From positions 41,354,001 through 41,418,000 of the forward strand of contig OZ024745.1 of NCBI GenBank assembly GCA_964016885.1: a DNA stretch of 64,000 nucleotides, in the 5' to 3' direction. Below the pieces are notes generated by a model. That model was not told where the DNA came from and made no database searches. It saw only the letters and a list, made by a program, of their open reading frames with translations. Positions 30,381 to 46,858 of the stretch are shown piece by piece; within the stretch, counting starts at the first letter, position 1; every line of letters starts with the position of its first letter. The position numbers and the translations under genes were made by a program. This stretch comes from Eledone cirrhosa. Lineage: Eukaryota.

Positions 30381-30693
30381 ATTAGCTCCGTATTCGCACC
30401 CCCAACTACACAAACGGAGACGGGTGAACTGCACTACGTTGAGTACTCTCCACAATATTACACCAAGATTGACCATACGGAATGACCAATTCTATCCAGT
30501 GGTGAACCAACAAACCTAAAGATATATATATATATATATATATTATAAGAATACATTAAGGTTTAAGCAAAGGATCGCTGCTTTCACCCTTAACTGGATT
30601 TTATATTATATAAATATATATATAATCCTTATCAAGCTCTCTTCGGATTTTAGTCATCACATTTATTATTACCATATATATATTTATATATCA

Positions 30694-30882
30694 AATAATT
30701 GTTACTACTATTGGCACAAGGCCAGCAATTACACAGTACATTACTGGTACTTTATTTTATCGACCCCGTAAGGATGAAAGGCAAAGTTAACCTCGGTGGC
30801 ATTTGAACTCAGAATGGTAAGGGCCGTAACTCCATGCATCAAAGCATGGCGTCCGACCCTCTACCGATACTGACAATCCACC
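30694..30882 (-). mobile_element. tRNA-derived SINE family 1
   Basis: Near-identical to 3652-3845. Confidence 0.88.
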
Positions 30883-30964
30883 AAATAATGGTAGTTAAGA
30901 AGGCATTAAATTGTTTTGCTAGGACTAAGATAAACAACACTCATCTGTAACTATATATGGATAG

Positions 30965-31948
30965 AGTATTTCCCAACGATGCTTAACTGTGAGATGCCTG
31001 GGTAGCTAGTGCAGTCGCTTCTGTCCCCTTTGTTCTTATAGAGGGTAAAAATGTCTTGTGGAACTGTTCCCTCCTACCAGGACTGACACAGTACTTTCAG
31101 CAAATGGCTAAGTAGAACTCCCTTTGCACAGCCTATGTCCTCTGGTGGGATGCCCTCTGAACCTGGTACCTTCCCGGAAGGCAAGCTATCAATGGCTCTA
31201 CTAAGACCTTCAGCAGTCGGCAATGTATCTAGCTCCTCAATGATGGGTAGGTGTTCAATGGTGCCGAGCGCGTTTTCCGAGGTGCTATATTCATTGGCAT
31301 AGAGTTCGGAATAAAGTTCCTCCCATTTCTCCAGCTACTCACTTTTGCCTTTGATGACCACGCCTGTTCTGTATTTGAGTGGAACTATCTTCGTATAGTT
31401 GTAACCAGTAGTCACTCTTACGGCGTCTTGCTGTTTTCTGTGTGTTATTCCTGGCTCTACTCAATGCTTGTAGCGGTGTCCTAGTGAGTTTCTGCTTGTG
31501 CTTCAGCTGGACAACGCTCCTCTCCTCTCTGGCTTCATTGAACTCATTCGCGCTCGCCTCAAACCAGTCATGTGTCATTCTTCGCTTCTTCGAGGAGGTC
31601 TTCAATGAGTGAAAAAAATGCTGTCCCTGACAGAGTGCTATCTATGTTAAACATTATCTTACGGTGGCTCTGTAACTAGGGCATTTTCCAGGGACTTGAG
31701 CAATGCCACTGTTTTGGCTAACTGCTTGGTCGCAAGAGCATTGATAGAGAGCTTGCCCGGAAACGACGTAGTGCATTATATTTGATGAGATTATATTTGA
31801 TGAGATTGCAGCAAATCAGGTAGTGGTCTGTGTCACAATCAGCACCCTGAAAGGACCGATTCAGAATCGATTTCTGGTGTGGTTTCATCTTGTGAGGATC
31901 ACATATAGCTGCTACCAGTGCTCTGGGCAGGGATAACTCAGAGACCTT

Positions 31949-31950
<2 letters not shown>
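30965..31950 (-). pseudogene. RTE-clade LINE ORF fragment (end of APE endonuclease, linker, start of RT)
   Basis: RSFQGADCDTDHYLI; HDWFE; GKVPGSEGIPPE; LYKNKGDRSDCTSYPGIS. Confidence 0.85.
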
Positions 31951-31991
<41 letters not shown>

Positions 31992-32227
31992 GAGACAATA
32001 ATCAAAGTTGTGTTCAAATCGTTTAATAGCTGACAATCGTTTCTTCCACACTCTCGTTTGAGGTCATCGGAGCATTATCAATGTTTGTACATGTAATTAA
32101 CCTCCTGCTCTGTAAAACAACTGATGTTCTTACATTGAGCTATTTCTCTTACTGGTAATATGGTAGTAGGAAATTACTGACCTTTCCTGTTTATAGTTGT
32201 TTATAGTATATACATAACTATAAATAG

Positions 32228-32299
<72 letters not shown>

Positions 32300-32539
32300 A
32301 CATGTAACCATCTTAACGTAAATTATATAAACATGGTCACTCAATATAAATAATAGTTAAGAAAATCGGGTAAAATAGAGGGGAAAGTGAGCAGATGTAA
32401 CAGTCCACGTTTATTTATCTCTAGGGGTACTGTACCTAATTTTCACAACTATTTATAGTCATCTATTACGTTATAATAATATCCATTGGGATGACGCAAA
32501 TTTCAAACTTTAGTAATGTCTCTTACATGAAGTAAAAAT

Positions 32540-32594
<55 letters not shown>

Positions 32595-33145
32595 TAATAT
32601 TGTACCTTGACCCAATTGAACCCGGGTCTCATATATATAGTAAGTTAGAAGAGACGTGTGATCATTCTTATCGCAGGCAATTCAGTCTATAATATTTTTA
32701 GAAGTGGAAGGATCACTAATTTCTCAACAACTACTGAGGAACAGAGAAAAGAGTGGGCTTTACTTAACTAGTTGTTACCCAATATAGGTCTGTTATTTTT
32801 CTTAATTTAATATTTAAAATTAAGTCTGTCAAACCATATTGCTGTAGTTAGTATTTTTCTACCCTAGCACACTTGGTCCTTACGATTCGAACACATGTAT
32901 GTTTATATTAGTGTTTCTTTTCTCTTGTTTATTCAATTATATTGTACGGCTCAGAAAAGCTTTTTTCTTAGAGCTATTTAATTGTAAGAGACTACTCTGA
33001 GTTTCTAACTCACTGTATATTTGTCGGCTCCATCATGTAGTGCTAATTTTAATATCCTGTTAGCCAGGCTGCTATTTTCAGCGGCATGGAATTTCGAGAC
33101 ATGCTGGGTTCCGAAGACACGTGTGATCTCTCTTGTTTATTCAAT

Positions 33146-33209
<64 letters not shown>

Positions 33210-33212
<3 letters not shown>

Positions 33213-34319
33213 ACTAGAAATTGATTAACATATAAATAAACATGAATAATCACAGGAGATAATTTTTATAAGTGTGTAACCACACATAGCTAGGTAGGTA
33301 ACTAAATAAAGTGTGTATTTCTAGTAGATATAGCACGTGTTGCTGGCCAGTCGCTGATTTGAACTTGAAGTGTAAACACGGATCGCTGGAACTTCTTCCT
33401 TGTTGAAAATCCAAGTATCCACTTCCGTGGTTTACCATCCGATTAATTGTTGAAATATATTTCTTTAATGGAATATATACAGGGAAGATTAATCATATTA
33501 TAAGGTATTTTTGAAGTTCTGGTCAACTTTATTTAGTTACCTACCTAGCTATGCGTGGTTACACACTTGTAAAAATTATCTCCTGTGATTATTTATGTTT
33601 ATTTATATGTTAATCAATTTCTAGTTATTATAAAATGCTCGGACCTACTCGTTAGAATCTTAGAGCTTATTTTGCGGGTGATATGGTGCATGTCTTTCTG
33701 GCATGAAACCCATAATTTTGATTTAGATTAAATTCATTTGATATATCTTAATTTTGGATATAGATATATAAATAAGGCTCCTTAATTGTAGAGCTAACTC
33801 TGTTGAAAGGACTCGAATGCTGTTTCTAGTTGTCGATGAGCCTATTCACGCCACTGGGACGAAGCTAGTATGATGTGTGTATTTCTAGTAGATATAGCAC
33901 GTGTTGCTGGCCAGTCGCTGATTTGAACTTGAAGTGTAAACACAGATCGCTGGAACTTCTTCCTTGTTGAAAATCCAAGTATCCACTTCTGTGGTTTGCC
34001 ATCCGATTAATTGGTGAAATATATTTCTTTATACAGGGAAGATTAATCATATTATAAGGTATCTATTTTTGAAGGTCTGGTCAACTTTATTTGGTTACCT
34101 ACCTAGCTATGTGTGGTTACACACTTGTAAAAATTATCTCCTGTGATTATTCATGTTTATTTATATGTTAATCAATTTCTAGTTATTATAAAATGCACGG
34201 ACCTACTCGTTAGAATCTTAGAGCTTATTTTGCGGGTGATATGGCGCATGTCTTTCTGGCATGACACACATAATTTTGATTTAGATTAAATTCATTTGAT
34301 TTATCTTAAATTTGGATAT

Positions 34320-34322
<3 letters not shown>
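33210..34322 (+). mobile_element. Tandem 564-bp non-coding monomers (family E) with an inverted 5' piece; U3-A8 HHRs at 33394-33488 and 33958-34042
   Basis: tcttccttg-TTGAAAA-tccaa..ttggt-GAAA-tatatttc/ggaatata-TA-cagggaaga. 33212-33312 is an inverted copy of internal sequence. Confidence 0.8.
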
Positions 34323-34409
<87 letters not shown>

Positions 34410-34441
34410 ATATACATATACATATATATATATATATATAC

Positions 34442-34657
<216 letters not shown>

Positions 34658-34701
34658 ACATATATGTATATATATATATATACATACATATATATATATA
34701 T

Positions 34702-34821
<120 letters not shown>

Positions 34822-34844
34822 TTATATATATATATATATATATA

Positions 34845-36277
34845 CAATTAAGTTAAAAATGTACATCTACATATGCATACTGAAATACTAGTATGCATAT
34901 GAATACACACACGTATACATATGCAGATGTACCAAGTCTTTCACTGGTTACTTTACTGTGAGTAATCCAGCTATTCTGTATGTAAACACACAGACAAACC
35001 GGTTTTTAGAGTCATACTGGTTTTCGAGGAAACACCTTTCCTCTATTCTCCAGAAAGCCAGACAAGGAATATTGAACTAGTTTCGTTGTTGTTACAACTC
35101 ATCAGCAATATTTACCTATCTACCGGCCTTTCTGGAGAATCGTAAAAGCACATATCGTTATATGCTTTTTCTATGAAAATTAGTAGTGGGCAGACTAATT
35201 TGCATAGAGTGTGAGTACGTACCGGTTCAACGGAGACGATAAAAACAAATAACGAAACGAAATTAAATTTCGTTTCGTTTGTAACTCACTTTTGTATGAC
35301 TGACGCTTAAACAATTAAGTTAAAAATGTACATCTACATATGCATACTGAAATACTAGTTGAACCGGTACGTACTCAAACTCTATGCAAATTAGTCTACC
35401 CACTACTAATTTTCATAGAAAAAGTATATAACGATATGTGCTTTTACGATTCTCCAGAAAGGCCGGTAGATAGGTAAATATTGCTGATGAGTTGTAACAA
35501 CAACGAAACTAGTTCAATATTCCTTGTCTGGCTTTCTGGAGAATAGAGGAAAGGTGTTTCCTCGAAAACCAGTATGACTCTAAAAACCGGTTTGTCTGTG
35601 TGTTTACATACAGAATAGCTGGATTACTCACAGTAAAGTAACCAGTGAAAGACTTGGTACATCTGCATATGTATACGTGTGTGTATTCATATGCATACTA
35701 GTATTTCAGTATGCATATGTAGATGTACATTTTTAACTTAATTGTTTAAGCGTCAGTCATACAAAAGTGAGTTACAAACGAAACGAAATTTAATTTCGTT
35801 TCGTTATTTGTTTTTATCGTCTCCGTTGAACCGGTACGTACTCACACTCTATGCAAATTAGTCTGCCCACTACTAATTTTCATAGAAAAAGCATATAACG
35901 ATATGTGCTTTTACGATTCTCCAGAAAGGCCGGTAGATAGGTAAATATTGCTGATGAGTTGTAACAACAACGAAACTAGTTCAATATTCCTTGTCTGGCT
36001 TTCTGGAGAATAGAGGAAAGGTGTTTCTTCGAAAACCAGTATGACTCTAAAAACCGGTTTGTCTGTGTGTTTACATACAGAATAGCTGGATTACTCACAG
36101 TAAAGTAACCAGTGAAAGACTTGGTACATCTGCATATGTATACGTGTGTGTATTCATATGCATACTAGTATTTCAGTATGCATATGTAGATGTACATTTT
36201 TAACTTAATTGTTTAAGCGTCAGTCATACAAAAGTGAGTTACAAACGAAACGAAATTTAATTTCGTTTCGTTATTTG

Positions 36278-36284
<7 letters not shown>
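34845..36284. mobile_element. 467-bp non-coding monomer (family J): one inverted unit plus two direct units; HHRs at 35068-35112 (-), 35477-35521 (+) and 35944-35988 (+)
   Basis: aatattg-CTGATGA-gttg/caac-GAAA-ctag-TT-caatatt; copies nearly identical; flanked by (TA)n. Confidence 0.92.
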
Positions 36285-36361
<77 letters not shown>

Positions 36362-36749
36362 CAATATTAAATTAATGGTGTCATGTCCGAGACTTGCGCC
36401 ATATCCAACGTAGAATAAGCTCAAAGATTTAATTAGTTACCTACCTAGCTGTGTGCGCTTACACACTTTACAAATTATCCCCGTGATTGTTTCATGTGCT
36501 TATTTTAGATATATATATATGTCAATCAATTTCTAGTTGATATGTATATATATATATACAAATATATGTATATATATATGTATATATATAGAATGAGACA
36601 TTGACAGATGTGTATCCAGGTTTCAATCAGGGGTACCCACAGTAAGTAAGGTACTCAATACATGGCAGAATATACATTTGTATTAAAGAAATGGCTTCTA
36701 CGAGACTAGAACTTTTTCATTCGAAGGAAATCAACAGGAAAACCTTTTT

Positions 36750-39182
<2,433 letters not shown>

Positions 39183-39191
39183 TTACTACTG

Positions 39192-39404
39192 ACAGTTGAA
39201 AATTGCAAACTCGACTGTCACCACATATCATGAACCTGAAGATTGCGAAAGCATGAAAGTACTTGTTCAATTAACACTTAGAATTTAATATTCTATCATA
39301 CTATTTCATCATAATACCATTATATATATTTTAAAGGATTGTAAATAAAACGAGTAAATCAGACAAAGTTGGAATTCCTCTTATTAATATAATCTTCTAT
39401 ACAC
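39192..39404 (+). mobile_element. Solo pseudo-LTR of the Neptune-like PLE (family K); HHR at 39231-39269
   Basis: Near-identical to 48952-49146. Confidence 0.9.
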
Positions 39405-39447
39405 AATCATACACACCCGTGTATATTTACCTATCTATATCTCTCTC

Positions 39448-39501
<54 letters not shown>

Positions 39502-39502
39502 C

Positions 39503-39533
<31 letters not shown>

Positions 39534-39726
39534 CAAATATATATATATATACATATATATACATATACATATATATATACATATACATATATATACATAT
39601 ATATATACTTATATATATACACATATATATACACATATACATACACATATATATATATATACACACACATATATATATATATATATATACTTATATATAC
39701 ATATATATATATATGTATATATATAC

Positions 39727-39757
<31 letters not shown>

Positions 39758-39770
39758 CATATATATATAC

Positions 39771-39837
<67 letters not shown>

Positions 39838-39845
39838 CATATATA

Positions 39846-39883
<38 letters not shown>

Positions 39884-39908
39884 ATATATATGTGTATATA
39901 TATATATG

Positions 39909-39940
<32 letters not shown>

Positions 39941-39942
39941 TA

Positions 39943-42408
39943 ATATAAGATCAAAAGATGGTTAAAGGAGTTCCATGTATTTTATTATGCTCATTTCAAA
40001 AACAAACATCATCATGCAATAATATTTGTGTTTTCATCAGATAAAACAGGAGAACATGATATGAAGGCTAAAAAACACTTGTGGATAGTGCAGTTTTAAA
40101 TCAACATATGAAAAGTGGTTTTAGATTGATGTGTGATATTGGGAAAAATATTTTATTTAGAGAGGGGAGGTGGAAAGGATGAAAAAGGGGAGGGGATGAG
40201 AGGGAGAGATGGGTGATAGAGAGAAAGAGATAGTTTTTATAACTGAGAGGAGATATATTGTTTTACATAGAGAGGTTGAAAATCATGATCATTCCAATAA
40301 TTTTAATAAAAGACCTAGATACAATAACATAATCTGGTATAATGCTCCTTTCTCCATCTCTATTAATAACAATATTCCTAAATTATTTTTTAGTGCCTTA
40401 AATAAATGCTTCCCTCCCTCACATATCTATAGTAAAATATTTAACAAACACACCATCAAATTTTCTTATTCTACATCCTCCAATATTTCCAACATCATCT
40501 CTAAACACAACAATAAAATACTAAATACTAAATCTCTTCCTTCCAGCATTGAATTTCATAATAACAGTAATAGTACTCCCGACGTCATTGTAAACCCTAG
40601 GCTAACTTCTGTAAACCCAAATACAACGTCAAACACAACTTCGCTAAATGTTCATAATCCAAATCTAAATCAAGAAACTATTATTCCTATTATTCCTATC
40701 GCAAACAACTTCTCCAATCCAATTCCTTCTATAGATAACACTAGGTCACTCATTAATAATCTCTCTAATTGCAACTGCCGCATTAAAAATAAATGTCCTC
40801 TCAACAACCATTGTCTCGATAAAAACTTAATTTATGAATGTAAAATTATAACTAGCACCAATTCCTTCACCTATTTTGGCTCCACTTCCACCTCTTTTAA
40901 AGCTCGTCTCTATAATGATCATTCATCTTTCCAATACAAACTTAAAAGAACCAACACTGCTCTCTCAGAACTCATATGGTCCTTAAAAGACAAAAACATT
41001 AAATATACCATCTTTTGGAAGAAGGTTTCTTCTGCATCCTCTTGAACAGCTCTCTATCTAAAATCTGTATTCTCTGCCTAAATGAAAAATTTACCATTAT
41101 CTCTAACCTAGATTCTATAATAAATAGACGTACAGATTTATTTTCTATCTGCCTGCATAAATTCCATAGGACTTTTCACAAAGTATACAGTTAATATTCA
41201 ATTCTTTATCAATTTAGAATCTTTTCTCAAAGGCACATATACATACACCTCTTTAAAATATACCCATCTTCCCACCTTACTTTAAAGGGCATTATACACT
41301 CTATAATACTTGTTTACTCATTACCCTCATTCTATCTTCACCTTGTAAAATCCTTCATAACATATACATTTATTTTTTTGACGTTAGAATATTCATCCGC
41401 AATCATTATTATTTTTTCTCTCTATCATAAATCTTTTTAATCTCAATTTCATCCTTAATTTATTATTTTTTTCTCCCCATCAACGAACTCATTCTTAATA
41501 CATATTAACTCTTTATTCGCATATATTATCAATTCCTTCAATATACAAACTTTAACTTCACATTATTTTTCTCAAATCCTTCTACACACAAACCTTAATC
41601 ATTTTTCTCTTCGTTAATTTTGAAATTGCCACAATACTTATCAACACACACTTTTTTTGACGTTAGAATATTCATCCACAATTATTATTTTTTCTCTCTA
41701 TCTTCATACATAAATTCCCTTCGTTAATTTTCAAATTCCTTTAATTTATACATTATCTTCCAACGGTTCTCAACGTCTCTATGTAAAACAATATACCTTT
41801 TTCTCAGTTATAAAAACTATCTCTTTCTCTCTATCACCCATCTCTCCCTCTCCACCTTCACTCTCATCTCCTCCCCCTTTTTTCATCCTCCCCCCCTCCC
41901 TAAATAAAATATTCTTTCCTCGAACGTATCCTCCCTTCGTTAATTTTCAAATTTTTAATTTATACATTATCTTCCAACGGTTTTCAACCTCTCTATGTAA
42001 AACAATATATCTCCTCTCAGTTATAAAAACTATCTCTTTCTCTCTATCACCCATCTCTCCCTCTCATCTCCTCCCCTTTTTCATCCTTTCCACCCCCCCT
42101 CTCTAAATAAAATATTTTTCCCAATATCACACATCAATCTAAAACCACTTTTCATATGTTGATTTAAAACTGCACTATCCACAAGTGTTTTTTAGCCTTC
42201 ATATCATGTTCTCCTGTTTTATCTGATGAAAACACAAATATTATTGCATGATGATGTTTGTTTTTGAAATGCGCATAATAAAATACATGGAACTCCTTTA
42301 ACCATCTTTTGATCTTATATTATGTATACTCCAGTCCTACAAACTGTAGAGTGCTTCTTATCCGATATCTGCATTGCTTTATTGTACTACAATAAAACTC
42401 ACCTCCTA
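39943..42408 (+). mobile_element. 5'-truncated PLE (linker + GIY-YIG, ~40285-41193) with an inverted 5' pseudo-LTR (39943-40280); family G HHRs at 39980-40046 (-) and 42217-42283 (+)
   Basis: IIWYNAPFS, CNCRIKNKCPLNNHCL, LIYEC..YFGSTSTSFKARL; ttttat-CTGATGA-..-GAAA-tgcgca-TA-ataaaa. Confidence 0.9.
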
Positions 42409-42453
42409 CATATATATATACATATATATATATATGTATATATATATGTATAT

Positions 42454-42508
<55 letters not shown>

Positions 42509-42532
42509 TGTATATATATATATATACATAGA

Positions 42533-42605
<73 letters not shown>

Positions 42606-42620
42606 GTATATATATATATG

Positions 42621-42651
<31 letters not shown>

Positions 42652-42677
42652 GTATATATATACATATATATATATAC

Positions 42678-42740
<63 letters not shown>

Positions 42741-42772
42741 CATATATATCTATGTATATATATATACATGTA

Positions 42773-42809
<37 letters not shown>

Positions 42810-42903
42810 TCCAATATATATATACATATATATATACGTATATATATATACATATATATATACATATATATATATACATATATATATATACACGTATATA
42901 TAC

Positions 42904-42934
<31 letters not shown>

Positions 42935-42997
42935 CATATACATATACATATATATATACATATATATATAGATACACATATATATACACATATATAT

Positions 42998-43110
<113 letters not shown>

Positions 43111-43503
43111 CATATATATGTATATATATACATATATATATATATGTATATGTAATCACATGGTACCATGGGCTCTGCACTACGTGTCAATAATGGTCAC
43201 AAGTGTAGTCTTTGTACCAGAGTTTTCAAGTCGCTGGCTGGACTAAAAAGACACATTCGTTCAGCGCATCGGTAGGGATTCTTCTACATGGATATAAAGT
43301 AGTGGCCGTACTCGAAAACGAGTTGGCAGCCACTATGTATATATGCATGTATGTATATATGTATGTATATATTTGTATGTATGTATATATATGTATGTAT
43401 GTATACATGTATGTATGTATGTATGTATGTATATGTATGTATGTATATATGTATGTATATGTGTGTATGTATGTATATATATATGTGTATATGTGTATAT
43501 GTT

Positions 43504-44113
43504 ATGTCAGGTCACCAGTTGGTGCTACTGGTAACATGTATCCCAGTACAACCTGTCTCATGGTCGAGTCGTTGGCGACTAAACTGGCAACCCCACCAAG
43601 GTTTCTTGGTGAGGAGGGTGACATTGGACATCCTGCAGGACTAAAAACAAAACCTGTCAAAGGGGAAAGGAGCTCTTAAGAGTCAATGGCCATCCAAAAT
43701 CACCGGGAGAGATGACCCCTTAGCCTTTGTCAAGGCAGAATTCTAGGAGAAGGAAAACTCTGATATAACACCTGCAACCCTGATGGTATCCAATGATGTT
43801 GACTTGTTCTTCTTTTTGGTAAATATCATCTTAGTTAAGAGAGTGGGACTGGCTTTGTGCAGTGCCTTTCCTCACTATAAAAGCTTCACTGCACAGGCAT
43901 TGCTTTATATCTGGAGATCTCTCTGCACTTGTCATCACATGGTACCATGGGCCCAGCACTGTGTGTCAATAATTGTCACAAGTGTAGCGTTTTTTTACCT
44001 ACCTGAGTTTTCAAGTCGCTGGCTGGACTAAAAATTCACACTCGTTCAGTGCATCGGTAGGGGTTCTCCTACATATAAAGTAATGGCCGTACTCGAAAAC
44101 GAGTTGGCAGCCA

Positions 44114-44115
<2 letters not shown>
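43504..44115 (+). mobile_element. Non-autonomous bipartite RTE-derived element (~610 bp); 3' fragment at 43155-43333
   Basis: RTE-like 5'UTR motif GGAGAAGGAAAACTCTG, a C2H2 remnant, and a 3' stem-loop CTCGAAAACGAG; embedded in microsatellite. Confidence 0.72.
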
Positions 44116-44163
<48 letters not shown>

Positions 44164-44301
44164 ATATATACATATATATGTATATATATATATATTACAT
44201 ATATATATGTATATATATACATATATATATCTATATATATGTATATATATACATATATATATATATATATGTATATATATACATATATATATATATATAT
44301 G

Positions 44302-44399
<98 letters not shown>

Positions 44400-44401
44400 C
44401 A

Positions 44402-44433
<32 letters not shown>

Positions 44434-44464
44434 CATATATATATATATACATATATATATATAC

Positions 44465-44561
<97 letters not shown>

Positions 44562-44568
44562 CATATAT

Positions 44569-44808
44569 ACAGTCGAGTTTGCAATTTTCAACTGACAGTT
44601 GAAAATTGCAAACTCGACTGTCACCACATATCATGAACCTGAAGATTGCGAAAGCATGGAAGTACTTGTTCAATTAACACTTAGAATTTAATATTCTATC
44701 ATACTATTTCATTATAATACCATTATATATATTTTAAAGGATTGTAAATAAAACGAGTAAATCAGACAAAGTTGGAATTCCTCTTATTAATATAATCTTC
44801 TATACACG
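44569..44808 (+). mobile_element. Solo family K pseudo-LTR with a 26-bp foldback 5' end; HHR at 44634-44672 has GAAA>GGAA
   Basis: acagtcgagtttgcaattttcaactg-a-cagttgaaaattgcaaactcgactgt. Confidence 0.88.
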
Positions 44809-45298
44809 CTCAGGGATAGTGATCAAAAGTTTACTCTAAAATGGGAGAAATTAGCTAAAACCCAAAGCTTTTCCAGGAGCCAAAATTTCTGCAAATTATG
44901 TAATCTTGAGATTTATTACATAATCACACACAAGAAGAAATTGCTGAATAACAGATTTGAACGAACATTATTCTGCCGTCACAGAACTAAAACCCTTTTT
45001 TCCCACTACAAGCCGAATATTACATAAAAGAGGGACATCCCCCCCAACTATATAAACCTCATTCTAGTTAGAAAAATATAAAAACAATCTCTTCTCAACA
45101 TATATTAATAACCTTAAATTACCACACTAATAATGGAAAGATATGCTGATGAAAATAGGTGCAAATATGCGATAATGAATGTGTCTAAAAACGTCCATAA
45201 GTATGTATATATATGTGAAAATGTATATAAATAAGTAAATATATATATATGTTTGATGTGTATAGTAGGATGTAAGTGTATTCATGTATTAAAGTGCT

Positions 45299-45331
<33 letters not shown>

Positions 45332-46165
45332 GTGTATATATGTATATATGTATATATGTGTATGTATATGTATATGTGTACACATAGACTAGAGTATGTA
45401 TGTATATATGTGTGTATCTATGCGTGTGTATATAAAGATAAGTTGAGTATGAAAATGTATACACATGAACGCGTATGTATGTACATGAATACATGTGTGT
45501 ATATATATATGTATGCATGTGTATATGTATGTAAGTATGAATATGTGAATGTGAGTATATGTATTTTGTAGAGGTGTGCAAATACATTTGTGTGTGAATG
45601 CGTGGGTGAAAGGATACGTACACTTGAAAGAAAAATTTAAGTCTGAATGTTAATTAAGTGCAAACACAAAACCAACCACGCATATCTTTACTATCTCTAA
45701 TCCTTCTATAAATTTAGAAAAATAACCAATAATATATTCTATAAAAATGTCAAAACAACAGATGGGAATCTAATTACCCACTGCCACCAAAAAATTCTCA
45801 CTGCTATCAACAAACCACTCCCTCAACTATTCTTCTAACAACTTCACCCCTTCCTCGTAATATTCTCTATAAAAACCAAATAGGTCCTCAATAATATTAT
45901 TCTGATGAAATGACAGTAAATAATAACATTGAAATATTGAATGTCTGCATAACTAAAACTTTTGTAGATAGCAGCTGTTTTCAGGTTATGTAACTGTTAC
46001 AGAAACACGTGTCAATAAATTCCTTTCAACTAAACTGTATCCATTCAAATCTTTCTATTTTTCTCCGGATTACTTTTGGAACTACAACTGGAACCGTCGA
46101 GCAAACTCTACGTGAGCTGTCAATCTACTGTGTGTAATATTTATATTACAATACAACGGAAAATA
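44809..46165 (+). mobile_element. 3' end of another PLE (C-terminal coding remnant 44809-45027, UTR, family L HHR at 45897-46018)
   Basis: LKWEKLAKTQSFSRSQNFCKLCNLEIYYI..LLNNR..FCRHR is homologous to the C-terminus of the 11651 ORF; ttatt-CTGATGA-long stem II-GAAA-cacgtg-TC-aataa. Confidence 0.82.
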
Positions 46166-46191
46166 CTGTATATATATATATATATATATAT

Positions 46192-46797
46192 ATGTCAGAT
46201 CACCAGTTGGTGCTGCTGGTAACATGTATCCCAGTACAACCTGTCTCATGGTCGGGTCGTTGGCGACTAAACTGGCAACCCCGCCAAGGTTTCTTGGTGA
46301 GGAGGGTGACTTTGGACATCCTGCAGGTCTAAAAGCACAACCTGTCAAAGAGCAAAGAAGCTCTTAAGATTCAATGGCCATCCAAAATCACCGGGAGAGA
46401 ATACCCCTTAGCCTTTGTCAAGGCAGAATTCTAGGAGAAGGAAAACTCTGATATAACACCTGCAACCCTGATGGTATCCAATGATGTTGACTTGTTCTTC
46501 TTTTTGGTAAATATCATCTTGGTTAAGAGAGTGGGACTGGCTTTGTGCAGTGCCTTTGCTCACTATAAAAGCTTCACGGCACAGGCATTGCTTTATATCT
46601 GGAGATATCTCTGCACTTGTCATCACAGGGTACAATGGGCCCAGCACTATGTGTCAGTAATTGTCACAAGTGTAGTGTTTGTACCAGAGTTTTCAAGTCG
46701 CTGGCTGGACGAAAATGTCACACTCGTAGGGGTTCGGTAGGGGTTCTCCTACATGGATATAAAGTAGTGGCCGTACTCGAAAACGAGTTGGCAGCCA

Positions 46798-46800
<3 letters not shown>
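46192..46800 (+). mobile_element. Non-autonomous RTE-derived element, copy 2
   Basis: Colinear with 43504-44115. Confidence 0.75.
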
Positions 46801-46852
<52 letters not shown>

Positions 46853-46858
<6 letters not shown>

